Of a stretch of DNA of 64,000 nt, positions 51,766 through 62,531 are shown one piece after another (within the stretch, counting starts at the first letter, position 1; every line of letters starts with the position of its first letter). The notes under the pieces are model-generated. The model made no database searches, had not been told where the DNA came from, and saw only the letters and a program-made list of their open reading frames with translations. Both the position numbers and the translations under genes were made by a program. Source of the DNA: Bdellovibrionota bacterium (GTDB taxonomy: Bacteria > Bdellovibrionota_C > UBA2361 > JBIKUX01); assembly GCA_044347345.1 (NCBI GenBank), contig JBIKUX010000002.1, positions 1 to 64,000 of the forward strand. The letters run 5' to 3'.

Positions 51766-53772
51766 ATGTCATACTTCGTGCCCCTTTCTACAGCAGCAAC
51801 TGAGGCGGCTTCATGGTCAAAAAAAGAATGGCTTGAAACCGATGGCTTAGGTGGATACGCAATGGGCTGTGGCGATGGTATCCCTCGTCGCAGATACCAT
51901 ACTCTCCTCACAGTTGCTATGAGCCCTCCAGTTCGACGTACTGTAATGGTAAATGGTGTTGAAGTATTTCTCACAGTGACCTTTGAAGCAGGAAACGTCG
52001 CCAAATATCCTTTGAGTTCTTTTCAATTCCCAGGACCAGTTTTTCATCCAAACGGTAAAAGTTTTTTATCTTCATTCACTGAAACCCCATGGCCCCAGTG
52101 GCATTTTTACTTATCAGATCACTTATCGATTTATAGTGAAATGTTTATGACCAAGGGAGCTCCCATAACAGTGATGAGATGGTGGCCGGAAATAAAAAAA
52201 GATTCGCCCACCATAGCCTCTCTCTCTCTTCAGATACGTCCATTTTTTTCATGTCGTAACCACCACGGACTACATCACAAAAATGATCAATTATCATTTC
52301 AAGCACAAAATACCCCAAGAGGAGTATTATGGAAACCTTATCTATCAATGCCTGAAATTGCCGTTCTAACCACAGCTGAGTATGTACATGATCATTTGTG
52401 GTTTGAGCGAGTTAGTTATGAATTCGATGAAGCACGCGGATTTGAAGCAAAAGAAGATCTAGCCTCACCGGGATACGTAAAATCCGAACTATTACCTCAG
52501 GGAATTTCACTTGCGTTTACTGTGCCTCAACTTATTCCAGATAATTTCATTCTTGACGGTGATGCCACAAGTATTTGTCAACAACTGCGAAAGCAAGAAC
52601 TTGAAAGAAGAAATACCTTTACTGATAAGTGGGAGAGAGCGGCTGATGCATATATAGTGTCTCGTGGAGAACGTAAAAGCATAATTGCTGGATATCCATG
52701 GTTTAGCGACTGGGGACGAGATACTTTTATCGCAATTCGTGGGCTATGCATTTCTTGTCACCGATGGAGGGATACCACTGATATTCTGCTTGAATGGCAA
52801 CAAGCAATATCTGCTGGGATGATTCCCAATCTTTTCCCTGAAGAGAGCGATGGACGACCTTTATACAACTCTATTGATGGTTCACTTTGGTTTGTAATTG
52901 CGGCCTATGAATTCATTTCTTCAGCTCCAAAAGCAGCCAGATCAGAGGATGAATATAAGATTATTTGCCAATCGATTAAGGAGATTATTGACGGATACAG
53001 TAAAGGAACAAGATTCAATATCCGTCTTGATAGTGATGGCCTTTTGCAAGGGGGTATAACTGGTACTCAACTAACTTGGATGGATGCAAAGGTTGGAGCA
53101 CTAGTAGTTACTCCTCGTATCGGTAAAACAGTTGAAGTGCAGGCTTTATGGCTAAATGCTCTATATATACTGGAAACACTAGGAGATTCTTCTTACCAAG
53201 AAATAAGAATAAAAGGAGAGAAATCTTTCGCGGAAAAATTTTGGAATAATGCTCAACAGGAATTGTACGATGTCATAGACGTGGACTACCAAATTGGAGT
53301 AAATGATCCTACTTCTAGGCCAAATCAAATATTTGCCATAGGTGGGTTACCCTTTCAAATACTAAAGGGAGAGCAAGCCTCTCGCGTTGTGGCAAAGATA
53401 GAACAAAATCTGCTTACGCCTCATGGGCTTAGAACATTAGATCCTAGTGATAGTCGCTTTACACCTATTTATTCTGGAGGACCTTTTGAAAGAGATAGAG
53501 CTTATCATCAAGGTACCGTTTGGCCATGGCTTTTAGGAGCCTTTATTGAGGCCTGGCTCCGGGTTCGTGAAGATTCTGAATTAGTCAAACGCGAAGCCAT
53601 TAATCGATTTATAATTCCACTACAAGAATCAATTATGGTGCAATACGGTGGGCACATTGCAGAAATAGCGGATGCTACCTCACCGTTTTTACCCCGTGGG
53701 TCACCCTGTCAAGCTTGGTCTTTAGCTGAACTTATACGATTACGTGTTCGTCTTGGTTTATCCAAACGGTAG
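51766..53772 (+). CDS. Amylo-alpha-1,6-glucosidase (glycogen debranching enzyme, GH133-like)
   Basis: EWLETDGLGGYA, RRYH, IIAGYPWFSDWGRDTFI, LTWMDAKV, RPNQ, AYHQGTVWPWL, QAWS. Confidence 0.93.
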   Translation: MSYFVPLSTAATEAASWSKKEWLETDGLGGYAMGCGDGIPRRRYHTLLTVAMSPPVRRTVMVNGVEVFLTVTFEAGNVAKYPLSSFQFPGPVFHPNGKSFLSSFTETPWPQWHFYLSDHLSIYSEMFMTKGAPITVMRWWPEIKKDSPTIASLSLQIRPFFSCRNHHGLHHKNDQLSFQAQNTPRGVLWKPYLSMPEIAVLTTAEYVHDHLWFERVSYEFDEARGFEAKEDLASPGYVKSELLPQGISLAFTVPQLIPDNFILDGDATSICQQLRKQELERRNTFTDKWERAADAYIVSRGERKSIIAGYPWFSDWGRDTFIAIRGLCISCHRWRDTTDILLEWQQAISAGMIPNLFPEESDGRPLYNSIDGSLWFVIAAYEFISSAPKAARSEDEYKIICQSIKEIIDGYSKGTRFNIRLDSDGLLQGGITGTQLTWMDAKVGALVVTPRIGKTVEVQALWLNALYILETLGDSSYQEIRIKGEKSFAEKFWNNAQQELYDVIDVDYQIGVNDPTSRPNQIFAIGGLPFQILKGEQASRVVAKIEQNLLTPHGLRTLDPSDSRFTPIYSGGPFERDRAYHQGTVWPWLLGAFIEAWLRVREDSELVKREAINRFIIPLQESIMVQYGGHIAEIADATSPFLPRGSPCQAWSLAELIRLRVRLGLSKR

Positions 53773-53910
53773 ATTAAAATAGCTAAAAACTCAGTTAATC
53801 AATTAACTAACAACAAGACTCGAAAATTTTTTTCGCAAATTACAGACTCTTTTCGTCAAGCCCTTAGCTTGTCATACTAAGATATATTTACGAAATTTCT
53901 CGAGACACTT

Positions 53911-56655
53911 ATGTCAAATATCAGTGAGAGTCTGGCTAACTCTGATGAACGCGAAGTTCAAACAACTACAATGAGCAAAGAGCGTCGTCGCTTGCGAGAA
54001 AGCGAACATAGGTTAAAAAACTGGTCTAGATGGGGTCCATTTCTTAGTGAAAGACAATGGGGTACTGTTCGAGAGGACTACTCCAATGATGGTTCTTGTT
54101 GGAATTATTTTCCGTATGATCATTCAATAAGTCGCGCATATCGGTGGGGAGAAGATGGATTACTTGGAATAACAGATCGTCAATGTAGACTGTGCTTTGG
54201 TTTTGCGTTCTGGAATCTTTCTGACTCACATTTAAAGGAACGTCTCTTTGGTCTTACAGGTCCTGAGGGAAATCACGGTGAAGACGTAAAAGAGTGTTAC
54301 TACTATCTTGACTCAACACCTACTTATTCATACTTTTCTTCACTATACAGATATCCTCAAAGTGCATTTCCGTATGAGCAACTACGAGTAGAGAATAGAA
54401 AACGAAGCAAACTGGATAATGAGTTTGAATTAACAGATACAACTGCATTCAATGAAAATAGATTTTTTGACATTCTAGTTGAATATGCAAAAGAATCTCC
54501 TGAAGACATTCTAATTAGACTTACCGTTACAAATAGAGGACCAGATTCATCATCATTATTTGTTATCCCACAATTATGGTTTAGAAATACCTGGTCGTGG
54601 GGCCGAGCTGGCGAGGGATATCTAAAAGATCCCCCTTCAATAACTAAAGGTCATCTAACAGGTTTATTCGTAGCTACTCACCCAACCCTTGGAACACGCT
54701 ACTTTTATGATGGGATAAACTCAAACGTAGATGAGTCTGGTAACTCTTTTGGCGAAGAGCTATTTACCGACAATATCACTAATATGGAGCGCCTATTCCA
54801 ATATGACTCTCCGTCTCCATACGTTAAAGATAGTTTTCATAGATATGTAGTTGAAGGCAAACGAGAATCAGTAAATCCTGAATTACAAGGTACAAAACTC
54901 GGAATAGTGCATCAATTAAATGTACCATCTGCTAGCTCTTTTGAACTCAAATTCAGATTGAAAAATTCGTGTGAACTCGAGCCAAAAAAATTATTTGACA
55001 CAAGTTTTACCGATACTTTTTCGCAACGTATAAAAGAGGCTGATGAATTCTATGATGAAATACTTCCGGCAAAATTAAGTTTAGATGATAGGCGCATAAT
55101 GCGGCAATCTTATGCTGGCCTACTTCATTCAAAACAATTTTATTATTTTTCTGTTAAGGAATGGCTGGAAGGAGATCCCACCCAACCAGCTCCTTCACCA
55201 GAGAGAAAAAAAGTCAGAAATACTCAATGGCGCCATCTCTATAACCGCGACTTAATTTCGATGCCAGACAAGTGGGAATACCCGTGGTATGCCGCATGGG
55301 ATCTTGCATTTCACATGATACCATTCGCTCGAATAGATCCTAATTTTGCAAAACGTCAATTAATTTTATTTCTTAGAGAATGGTATCTTCATCCTAATGG
55401 ACAAATACCCGCTTATGAGTTTGCCTTTTCTGATGTAAACCCGCCTGTACATGCTTGGGCATGTTGGCGTGTATACAAGATGACTTCACCTCAAGGAAAA
55501 CGGGATAAAACATTCTTATCCCGAGTCTTTCATAAACTCCTGGTTAACTTTACTTGGTGGGTAAATCAAAAAGATCTACTCGGAAATAACCTATTTTCCG
55601 GAGGCTTCTTAGGGCTGGATAACATAGGAGTGTTTGATCGGTCAGCTCCACTTCCTACAGGAGGCCATCTCGAACAAGCTGATGCAACCGCATGGATGGC
55701 ATTTTATTGTGGCACAATGTTATCAATGGCCTTGGAATTAGCTCGTGAAGATCCCGCTTACGGTGACGTAGCTTCAAAATTTTTTGAGCACTTTGTTGGT
55801 ATTACAGATGCTATTAATCATTTTTCAGGAACAGGGCTATGGGACCAACTAGATGGCTTTTATTATGATCAACTAAATGTTGAAGGTAGAGGAACACCTC
55901 TTCGCATTAGATCTCTTGTTGGATTGCTACCACTGATAGCTGTTGAAGTTCTTGACCACAGTGTTATAAAACGTCTATCAGGATTTCGTCAAAGAATGGA
56001 ATGGTTTCTTTCTCATCATTCTGAGCTTCGCCAACATGTTTCATTTACAAAGAATGAATTTTTTCCTGACGGTATATCTCTGCTTTCCATTCCATCAAGA
56101 GAACGACTTGAGCGCATGCTAAGATACCTATTTGATGAGCACGAGTTCTTTTCTCCTTACGGTATACGTTCTCTATCAAAAATTCACTCAAAATATCCTT
56201 ATATTTTTCAATTCAAAGATTCGCAATATTCCGTGCAATATACTCCTGGCGAATCTAACACCACAATGTTCGGTGGAAACTCAAATTGGCGTGGTCCGGT
56301 ATGGTTTCCAATAAATTATCTAATCATTGAAGCACTAGAGCGATATCATTATTTCTATCGTGATTCATTTATGATTGAAGTTCCACTAGGTTCAGGAAAT
56401 TTTATAAATCTCTTACAAGCATCTAAAATGCTCGCTTCAAGATTAACTAATCTTTTTAAAATTTCTGATGCCGGCTATAGGCCGTTTCAAGGAAATAATG
56501 AAAGATATAATTCAGATCCATTATGGAAAGATAACATCCTTTTTCATGAGTATTTTCATGGCGACACTGGTAAAGGTTTAGGTGCGTCTCATCAAACCGG
56601 CTGGACCGCTCTAGTAAATCGATGCTTTGAAAAGTTAGTAAAAGATAATTTATAG
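53911..56655 (+). CDS. GH63/MGH1-like alpha-glucosidase
   Basis: WGPFLSERQWGTVREDYS, SMPDKWEYPWYAAWDLAFH, FLGLDNIG, GGNSNWRGP, GLGASHQTGWT. Confidence 0.92.
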   Translation: MSNISESLANSDEREVQTTTMSKERRRLRESEHRLKNWSRWGPFLSERQWGTVREDYSNDGSCWNYFPYDHSISRAYRWGEDGLLGITDRQCRLCFGFAFWNLSDSHLKERLFGLTGPEGNHGEDVKECYYYLDSTPTYSYFSSLYRYPQSAFPYEQLRVENRKRSKLDNEFELTDTTAFNENRFFDILVEYAKESPEDILIRLTVTNRGPDSSSLFVIPQLWFRNTWSWGRAGEGYLKDPPSITKGHLTGLFVATHPTLGTRYFYDGINSNVDESGNSFGEELFTDNITNMERLFQYDSPSPYVKDSFHRYVVEGKRESVNPELQGTKLGIVHQLNVPSASSFELKFRLKNSCELEPKKLFDTSFTDTFSQRIKEADEFYDEILPAKLSLDDRRIMRQSYAGLLHSKQFYYFSVKEWLEGDPTQPAPSPERKKVRNTQWRHLYNRDLISMPDKWEYPWYAAWDLAFHMIPFARIDPNFAKRQLILFLREWYLHPNGQIPAYEFAFSDVNPPVHAWACWRVYKMTSPQGKRDKTFLSRVFHKLLVNFTWWVNQKDLLGNNLFSGGFLGLDNIGVFDRSAPLPTGGHLEQADATAWMAFYCGTMLSMALELAREDPAYGDVASKFFEHFVGITDAINHFSGTGLWDQLDGFYYDQLNVEGRGTPLRIRSLVGLLPLIAVEVLDHSVIKRLSGFRQRMEWFLSHHSELRQHVSFTKNEFFPDGISLLSIPSRERLERMLRYLFDEHEFFSPYGIRSLSKIHSKYPYIFQFKDSQYSVQYTPGESNTTMFGGNSNWRGPVWFPINYLIIEALERYHYFYRDSFMIEVPLGSGNFINLLQASKMLASRLTNLFKISDAGYRPFQGNNERYNSDPLWKDNILFHEYFHGDTGKGLGASHQTGWTALVNRCFEKLVKDNL

Positions 56656-56719
56656 ATCTATTAACATTGCTCATTTAGTACTAGAGACTACAAACAATTT
56701 AAAACTACTCTGGATAATT

Positions 56720-57964
56720 CTAAACAATGGTAGATGGAAAAACATCTAAAGCCTGACTAAGAAAAAGAATCTGCGTTGCTTTCCATATACTATTGGTATC
56801 ATATTTACCATGCAAAGCCCTTTCAATCTCCTCACCACAAATGAACGTGCCTTGCTTTTCCGCTAGTACCTGTACCAAATTCAAAAATACGTCACCTTGA
56901 AGTTGCGCTCGCCTTAATGACGAACCGGTAACTTCTATCATATCGGGAGAGATAATTCTTATGTCATGAGCCGCTAACCTAAAATGAAGGTCTCGCATCG
57001 AGCTAATCTGTAAAATAGCATCAGAACCCTCAATAGGATTCCTTTGAGAGAAAGAACGATTGAAGTCATCGCTCTTCACAAATAAAGACCTTCTAAAAGA
57101 TCGATCTTGCAAAAAATCTGCAATATTTTCTCGTTCCATCCAGTTATCACTTAAAGACTCTACTTTTTGAATATCTGCTTGACCTAGAGTATATCTCCAA
57201 TGAGTCCAAGGACGAGCATCACCAATATAAGCTAAATTCTTCTTCCAAGCTCGTTCAACAACATTTTTAAATTCAAAACCTATATTAACTGGAGCAAGAT
57301 ACTCATGAGCGATATAAGACAGAGGTTTCTGAGTCAAATTAGCGAGCTCACGCGAAAGTTGTGGACAAATACCAGGGCCATCTCTAAAAATTATTTCATA
57401 TTCTCTGGCAATCTGCTGTGCCAGTTCTACTCGTAATTTCAAATTGGACTTTAATTTTGCCGTTTTTGATAGAAGAAACTGTCTTACTGTTCCTTTTAAA
57501 TTCCAACCAGCAGCAATGTTGTAACTTAGAAATAAAACACCGCCACTTACAAGAGACTCTTTGGCAATATTTAAAATTGCTCTCTGAATATTTAAAGGCA
57601 CCCAGGAATATACTCCGTGCACGATGATAACATCGTAAGAGTTTGGTGGAAATTTATGTTTGTCTATATTAACTTTTTCAAAATGTAAATTAGATAAATT
57701 GGCCTGTTTTTTTCTCTGCTCAGCTTCTTCGAGCTGTTTGTATGAACAATCAACTCCGAAGACTGTTGCTTCCGGCATTGATTGGGCTATAATATGACAA
57801 TTTAGCCCCTTACCACATCCTAATTCTAAAATGCGGAGATTATCTTTATCTAAATCTGCCACTCCCCCATACATTTTTGTAAGAGTCCTTATCCAACGAG
57901 GAAAGGTCTCTGGAAAAGCAAATGATTCATACGGAAGCTCATCGTAGGTATTAGTTGCACCCAT
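56720..57964 (-). CDS. Class I SAM-dependent methyltransferase with methyltransferase regulatory domain
   Basis: YDELPYES, ILELGCGKG, DVIIVHGVYSWV, SYNIAAGW, YIAHEYL, DFLQDRSFRRSL. Confidence 0.85.
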   Translation of the reverse strand: MGATNTYDELPYESFAFPETFPRWIRTLTKMYGGVADLDKDNLRILELGCGKGLNCHIIAQSMPEATVFGVDCSYKQLEEAEQRKKQANLSNLHFEKVNIDKHKFPPNSYDVIIVHGVYSWVPLNIQRAILNIAKESLVSGGVLFLSYNIAAGWNLKGTVRQFLLSKTAKLKSNLKLRVELAQQIAREYEIIFRDGPGICPQLSRELANLTQKPLSYIAHEYLAPVNIGFEFKNVVERAWKKNLAYIGDARPWTHWRYTLGQADIQKVESLSDNWMERENIADFLQDRSFRRSLFVKSDDFNRSFSQRNPIEGSDAILQISSMRDLHFRLAAHDIRIISPDMIEVTGSSLRRAQLQGDVFLNLVQVLAEKQGTFICGEEIERALHGKYDTNSIWKATQILFLSQALDVFPSTIV

Positions 57965-58023
57965 AACTTTCTCATTCCTGTGGAATTAAAAAACACACAA
58001 AAGTACTATTTACTACTTTATTT

Positions 58024-60351
58024 CTAACCAGCTGCTGCTATTTTTCTTACTTGAGTTAAGTCGGTATGTCCCTCAACAAGCTTTAATAATCCGTCCTGTA
58101 GTAGAGTCCTCATACCCTCATTAATAGCTAGAGCTCTAAGCTCCTGTACAGTAGCTTTATGATAAATAAGTCGTCTCATAGTAGGACTTGTAGTAAGTAA
58201 TTCATGAATCCCCATACGACCACGGTACCCTGAATTACCACATAAATCACATCCCATGGGACGATAAAGTTGAGACTTACCAGGTGAAATTTTTAATTCT
58301 GATGAAATATCTTCCCCGTAGAGTCGAATTAACGTCTCATACTCTTTGTCACTTATTAAGTAAGGCTCCTTACACTTACTACATAAAGTTCTCACAAGTC
58401 TTTGAGCTACTACTCCAAGTAATGCATCTGAAAAACTAGCTGGATCAAGTCCGAGATCAAGAAGCCGAGTTATCGTTTCAGGAGCAGAATTTGTATGTAA
58501 TGTTGAAAGAACCAAATGGCCTGTTAATGAAGCTTCAACTCCAATATGAGCAGTCTCATGATCACGCATCTCACCAATCATAACTACATCAGGGTCAGCA
58601 CGAAGAAATGCCCTAAGAGCCGCAGCAAAATTAAATCCTATCTTTGGCGCTACAGCAACCTGACACAAGCCAGCTTGAGATATTTCAACTGGATCTTCAG
58701 CAGTCCATATCTTTCTTTCAGAAGTATTAAGATAACCTAGCACTGCATGAAGTGTTGTGGTCTTTCCTGACCCTGTAGGCCCAACTACCAAGAATAGTCC
58801 GTGCGGTATATTTATTAAATCCTTGAGCTTACGAAAATTCACTGAGCTAAGTGAGATCTTATCTAATGGTAGTGGTTCACCAGAAGCTAAAAGACGAAGT
58901 ACCGCAGCTTCTCCGGAAACAGTGGGAATAGTGGCAACACGAAGTTCAAGTAATTGACCACCAATCTTTAAAGACATTTTTCCATCTTGTGGCTTACGCC
59001 TTTCTGAAATATCAAGCTTGCTCATAATTTTAATTCGCGATATGAGAGCTCGTAAATGCGAAGGAGGAATTTGGGTAAGAACACGACATACACCATCAAC
59101 ACGTATTCTTATCTCAGCTGGAGATTTCCCATTTCCTGGCTCAATATGAATATCTGATGCTCGCGCCTCTCGTGCTTCAATAATTATCTGATTTGCAAGT
59201 TTAATAATCGTAGCATGGTTTTCTTCTTCAGTTATTTCTTCCTGCTGATCAACATCTAAGCTAATTCCCGTTTCCTCAGCAAGCTTTGTAACTAGAGATG
59301 ATGCTGACTTATTGAGATCTTCTCCTCCTGAAATCTGAGAAAGATAGCGATGAATATCCTCAATAAAGCCGACCTTAAATACATATCCTTCGGCGCTTAT
59401 TTGTCGCTGTATTTCCATCAAAAGCTGTGCACTTGATGGATCGTCAACTAAAATTGTAGCTTCGCCCGAAACAAAGGATATTGGTACCCATTTAAGAGTT
59501 TTTAAATAGCTAGATGACATCCCTTGGAAAAGTTCTGTTGGAACTTTAATTCTTGGATCAAAATCCATAAAAGGCACTTGGTAATATTGCTCCAGAGAGA
59601 GACCAAGTTCTTTTTTTGTTACTTTTCCTGAACGCAATAAAGCATCACGAATTGAGATTGATTCTCTTCGTGCGACTGCCTCAATCTCATTTAATTGTTC
59701 TTTATTTATTATTCCTTTTTGTAGCAAATACTCAAAAGGAGTTGATGTAGCACTAAGCTCAGAGCGGAATCGTTGAGCGATATGTCGAGCAATAAGCTCT
59801 GATTGATGAAAATCTGTCCTAGTAAATGAACCTCCACCGCGCTTGTTTAGAACCTGTAAAACACCTAGTAGCACATCGCGGTATTTAATAGGAATACAGA
59901 TTACAGATTCGGTACGAAATCCACTTTTTTTATCGAAAGAATGATTAAACCTTAAAAGTGGATGAATTTGCTTGAGGAACTCTACTTTACTTACATCGCT
60001 GATAAGCAACGGGCTTTGACTTAAGGCTACATATCCGGCAATTGATGAGGCATTTAATGGTACCCTAACCTCTGTTGGACGCTTATACTCACCAGAAATA
60101 AATTTTGAAACAATCTCTCGGTCATTTTTTCCCTTTTGATAGATGGTAAACCGCTCAGCATCCATTATTTTTAAAAGAGGCTCTTCTAATTTTCCTAATG
60201 CTTCAACAAAGTTATATGCCTCTTGAATCTGCCCCATAAGAATACTTAGATCCTCTATGGTGCTGTTAAGGTTTTCTAGTCTTTTAGTTTCTCGATGATT
60301 ATGTTCATCAGAACCAGAAGGGGTCTCTGTGCTTTGTGTATCTGACGTCAT
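58024..60351 (-). CDS. PilB/GspE-family secretion ATPase with N-terminal GAF domain
   Basis: GAF (SIAGYVA, FDKKSGFRTESVICIP, GVLQVLNK); ASDIHIEP, RKPQDGK, GPTGSGKTTT, FLRADPD, CSKC/CDLC Zn motif; ATG 60351 follows GAGGGG (ORF open from 60408). Confidence 0.92.
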   Translation of the reverse strand: MTSDTQSTETPSGSDEHNHRETKRLENLNSTIEDLSILMGQIQEAYNFVEALGKLEEPLLKIMDAERFTIYQKGKNDREIVSKFISGEYKRPTEVRVPLNASSIAGYVALSQSPLLISDVSKVEFLKQIHPLLRFNHSFDKKSGFRTESVICIPIKYRDVLLGVLQVLNKRGGGSFTRTDFHQSELIARHIAQRFRSELSATSTPFEYLLQKGIINKEQLNEIEAVARRESISIRDALLRSGKVTKKELGLSLEQYYQVPFMDFDPRIKVPTELFQGMSSSYLKTLKWVPISFVSGEATILVDDPSSAQLLMEIQRQISAEGYVFKVGFIEDIHRYLSQISGGEDLNKSASSLVTKLAEETGISLDVDQQEEITEEENHATIIKLANQIIIEAREARASDIHIEPGNGKSPAEIRIRVDGVCRVLTQIPPSHLRALISRIKIMSKLDISERRKPQDGKMSLKIGGQLLELRVATIPTVSGEAAVLRLLASGEPLPLDKISLSSVNFRKLKDLINIPHGLFLVVGPTGSGKTTTLHAVLGYLNTSERKIWTAEDPVEISQAGLCQVAVAPKIGFNFAAALRAFLRADPDVVMIGEMRDHETAHIGVEASLTGHLVLSTLHTNSAPETITRLLDLGLDPASFSDALLGVVAQRLVRTLCSKCKEPYLISDKEYETLIRLYGEDISSELKISPGKSQLYRPMGCDLCGNSGYRGRMGIHELLTTSPTMRRLIYHKATVQELRALAINEGMRTLLQDGLLKLVEGHTDLTQVRKIAAAG

Positions 60352-60549
60352 GTCACCCCTCATTAATCTTCCGTTAAAACTGATCTCATAAAAACAGTCT
60401 TTGCTCACTTATTTGCAAGCTAAAAACCTTAGTTTTTAGTACTTTTTATTTTTTATCTTTTAAATAATACTTACCAATCTCGTCAGCTTCCATATTATTC
60501 AGTCGAACAAGTAGTAACTTATCTTAACCCCTCATTATTGCTTTATTGG

Positions 60550-60581
60550 ATTTATAAGCTTTACTAAAAAAGCTTATAAAT
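60550..60581. repeat. Perfect 13-bp inverted repeat (terminator or operator)
   Basis: ATTTATAAGCTTT-actaaa-AAAGCTTATAAAT between the cyclase stop and the ATPase start. Confidence 0.7.
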
Positions 60582-60626
60582 ATTTTTAGGAAATTAAAGG
60601 CTTAGATAAAGATATTATCAGTGATA

Positions 60627-61553
60627 TCAAGAGGAAGAGGGAGAAACCCCGTAAAGAGTTACAGGCTCACTTTTCCCCTTTAACAAAACAAGCCCAAATG
60701 AAGTGAATACGAATAAATCTGAAACATGATCAAACACCTCTCCTGTAAGGAGAAGAGGACAACCAAGCTCTTTACATGTAGCTTCTACCCTAAAAGCAGT
60801 GTTTACTGCATCTCCCATAATGCTACTATCGCGCTGGGAGCTCCCTCCAACATTACTACTAGCAACTACACCTTCATGAATACCAATTCCAATTTGAAAA
60901 TTAAAAGCTTCTTTTGTAGATAGCTTCATTTCCTCAACTTTTTTCAATAGGTTCATCGCTACGGTAATGGCAGTTCGAGAAGCAGCCGACGGCGCCTTTT
61001 TATCGACGCGCCAGTACGCCATAAATGCATCACCTATGTATTTATCAACAACACCACCAGACTCGCTTACAATATCGTAAACCTCTCTAAACCAGCTTCC
61101 TAAAAAACGGGCAAGCTCTTCAGGAATTAAAAGCTCACTTAGGCGAGAAAAATTTCGTATATCACCAACCATCACTACAACTTGAGATACTCGCACTCCT
61201 ACCATAGTACGAAGCTCAATGTTACCTTTTAAAAGCTCTGATTTATGAACTTGCTGCTCAGGAAATTTAAAACGAAAAAGTACGGCACCAAGCAAAATTT
61301 CATCACCGTGATGCAAGGATGTCGGGGATATTAGAAGTTTAGAATTAAGATACGTGCCATTGGAGCTACCCAAATCAATAAGCACAAATTCATCTGCACC
61401 TTGTCGTCGTATCAGTGCATGCTGCCGTGATATCAAAAGGTCATCAGGAAAACTAATAGTGTTTTGTTTCAACCGACCAATCGTAGTTGAGCTTCCGAGC
61501 TCTATTTCGGAGTTTTTATCTTTTGAGACTAGTATTTGTAGGCTTGGTGCCAT
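60627..61553 (-). CDS. FHA-domain class III adenylate/guanylate cyclase
   Basis: FHA: IGR, ISRQHA, DLGSSNGT; cyclase: GDIRNFS, DKYIGDA, GDAVNTAFRVE, LKGK. Confidence 0.93.
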   Translation of the reverse strand: MAPSLQILVSKDKNSEIELGSSTTIGRLKQNTISFPDDLLISRQHALIRRQGADEFVLIDLGSSNGTYLNSKLLISPTSLHHGDEILLGAVLFRFKFPEQQVHKSELLKGNIELRTMVGVRVSQVVVMVGDIRNFSRLSELLIPEELARFLGSWFREVYDIVSESGGVVDKYIGDAFMAYWRVDKKAPSAASRTAITVAMNLLKKVEEMKLSTKEAFNFQIGIGIHEGVVASSNVGGSSQRDSSIMGDAVNTAFRVEATCKELGCPLLLTGEVFDHVSDLFVFTSFGLVLLKGKSEPVTLYGVSPSSS

Positions 61554-61623
61554 GCTTGTCTAAGCCCTTCTCTCATCAATGGAGTAGTGACTGACTCCCA
61601 TGGCATATCGAACGATAGTAAAA

Positions 61624-62493
61624 TTAACTCAAGAAAAACGATCGCTTCTTAGAATCTGGAACAAAAATCATAATCAAACCACTTAAAGCATACGCTAGTG
61701 ATAATACAAATAATCCAACCTTATTATTATACCACAAAAGTCCTATTGCTACAGCAATAACAACTTGAGCAAAAGGGCGAGCTGAACGAAATCTAAACTG
61801 TTTAATACTAAGATATTCAATTCGAGAGACCATTAAAAAAGAAAGCGATAATAACAGTGCCGAAACAGCGCCAAGAACCGCAAGTGAGGAATGCCAAGTT
61901 GGTTGAAAGTGAACCATAGCTGCTACTACTCCAGCTGCGCCAGGAGAGGGGAGTCCATGAAATTTATCTAAATTCGGATCACTTATATTAAAACGAGCAA
62001 GCCGCGTAGCAGCTGCAACAGAAAAGAGAAATGTAACAAGAACTCCAAATTCATCCGCTGCTATGCGATAGCACCAATGGTAAACTAAGATAGCTGGAGC
62101 CAATCCAAAAGATACGAGATCACAAAAAGAATCAAATTCTACTCCAAACTTAGACGTAGCATTTAAACGGCGTGCTACTCTTCCGTCTAAGCCATCGAGC
62201 AATATTGCTATGCCTATCGCTACCGAGGCCTGAAAAAATCGCCCTGATGCAGCATAAACTATGGCAAGAAATCCGCAGAACATATTACCGACGGTAACAC
62301 TGTTTGGAATAAGATATCGTCGACGATAAAGGGTGTCAGCCAGTTGCTGCCGCCTCACCCTTTGACCCTGACGATTCCGATTTTTGAAACGTTCGGATTC
62401 TTGATTCGCTTCACTGGTTGACGATGATAATGATGAGACTGTTAAAGTCATTGAAGGTTTTGACGTTTGAATATTTGAAGGTAACACAGTCAT
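61624..62493 (-). CDS. pssA: CDP-diacylglycerol--serine O-phosphatidyltransferase
   Basis: IPNSVT, DGLDGRVAR..S.FGVEFDSFCDLVSFG, RLARFN, FHGLPSP. Confidence 0.93.
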   Translation of the reverse strand: MTVLPSNIQTSKPSMTLTVSSLSSSTSEANQESERFKNRNRQGQRVRRQQLADTLYRRRYLIPNSVTVGNMFCGFLAIVYAASGRFFQASVAIGIAILLDGLDGRVARRLNATSKFGVEFDSFCDLVSFGLAPAILVYHWCYRIAADEFGVLVTFLFSVAAATRLARFNISDPNLDKFHGLPSPGAAGVVAAMVHFQPTWHSSLAVLGAVSALLLSLSFLMVSRIEYLSIKQFRFRSARPFAQVVIAVAIGLLWYNNKVGLFVLSLAYALSGLIMIFVPDSKKRSFFLS

Positions 62494-62531
62494 GATTCTT
62501 TTCTCATCTTAAATTTAAGGTTTGTCGCCTA

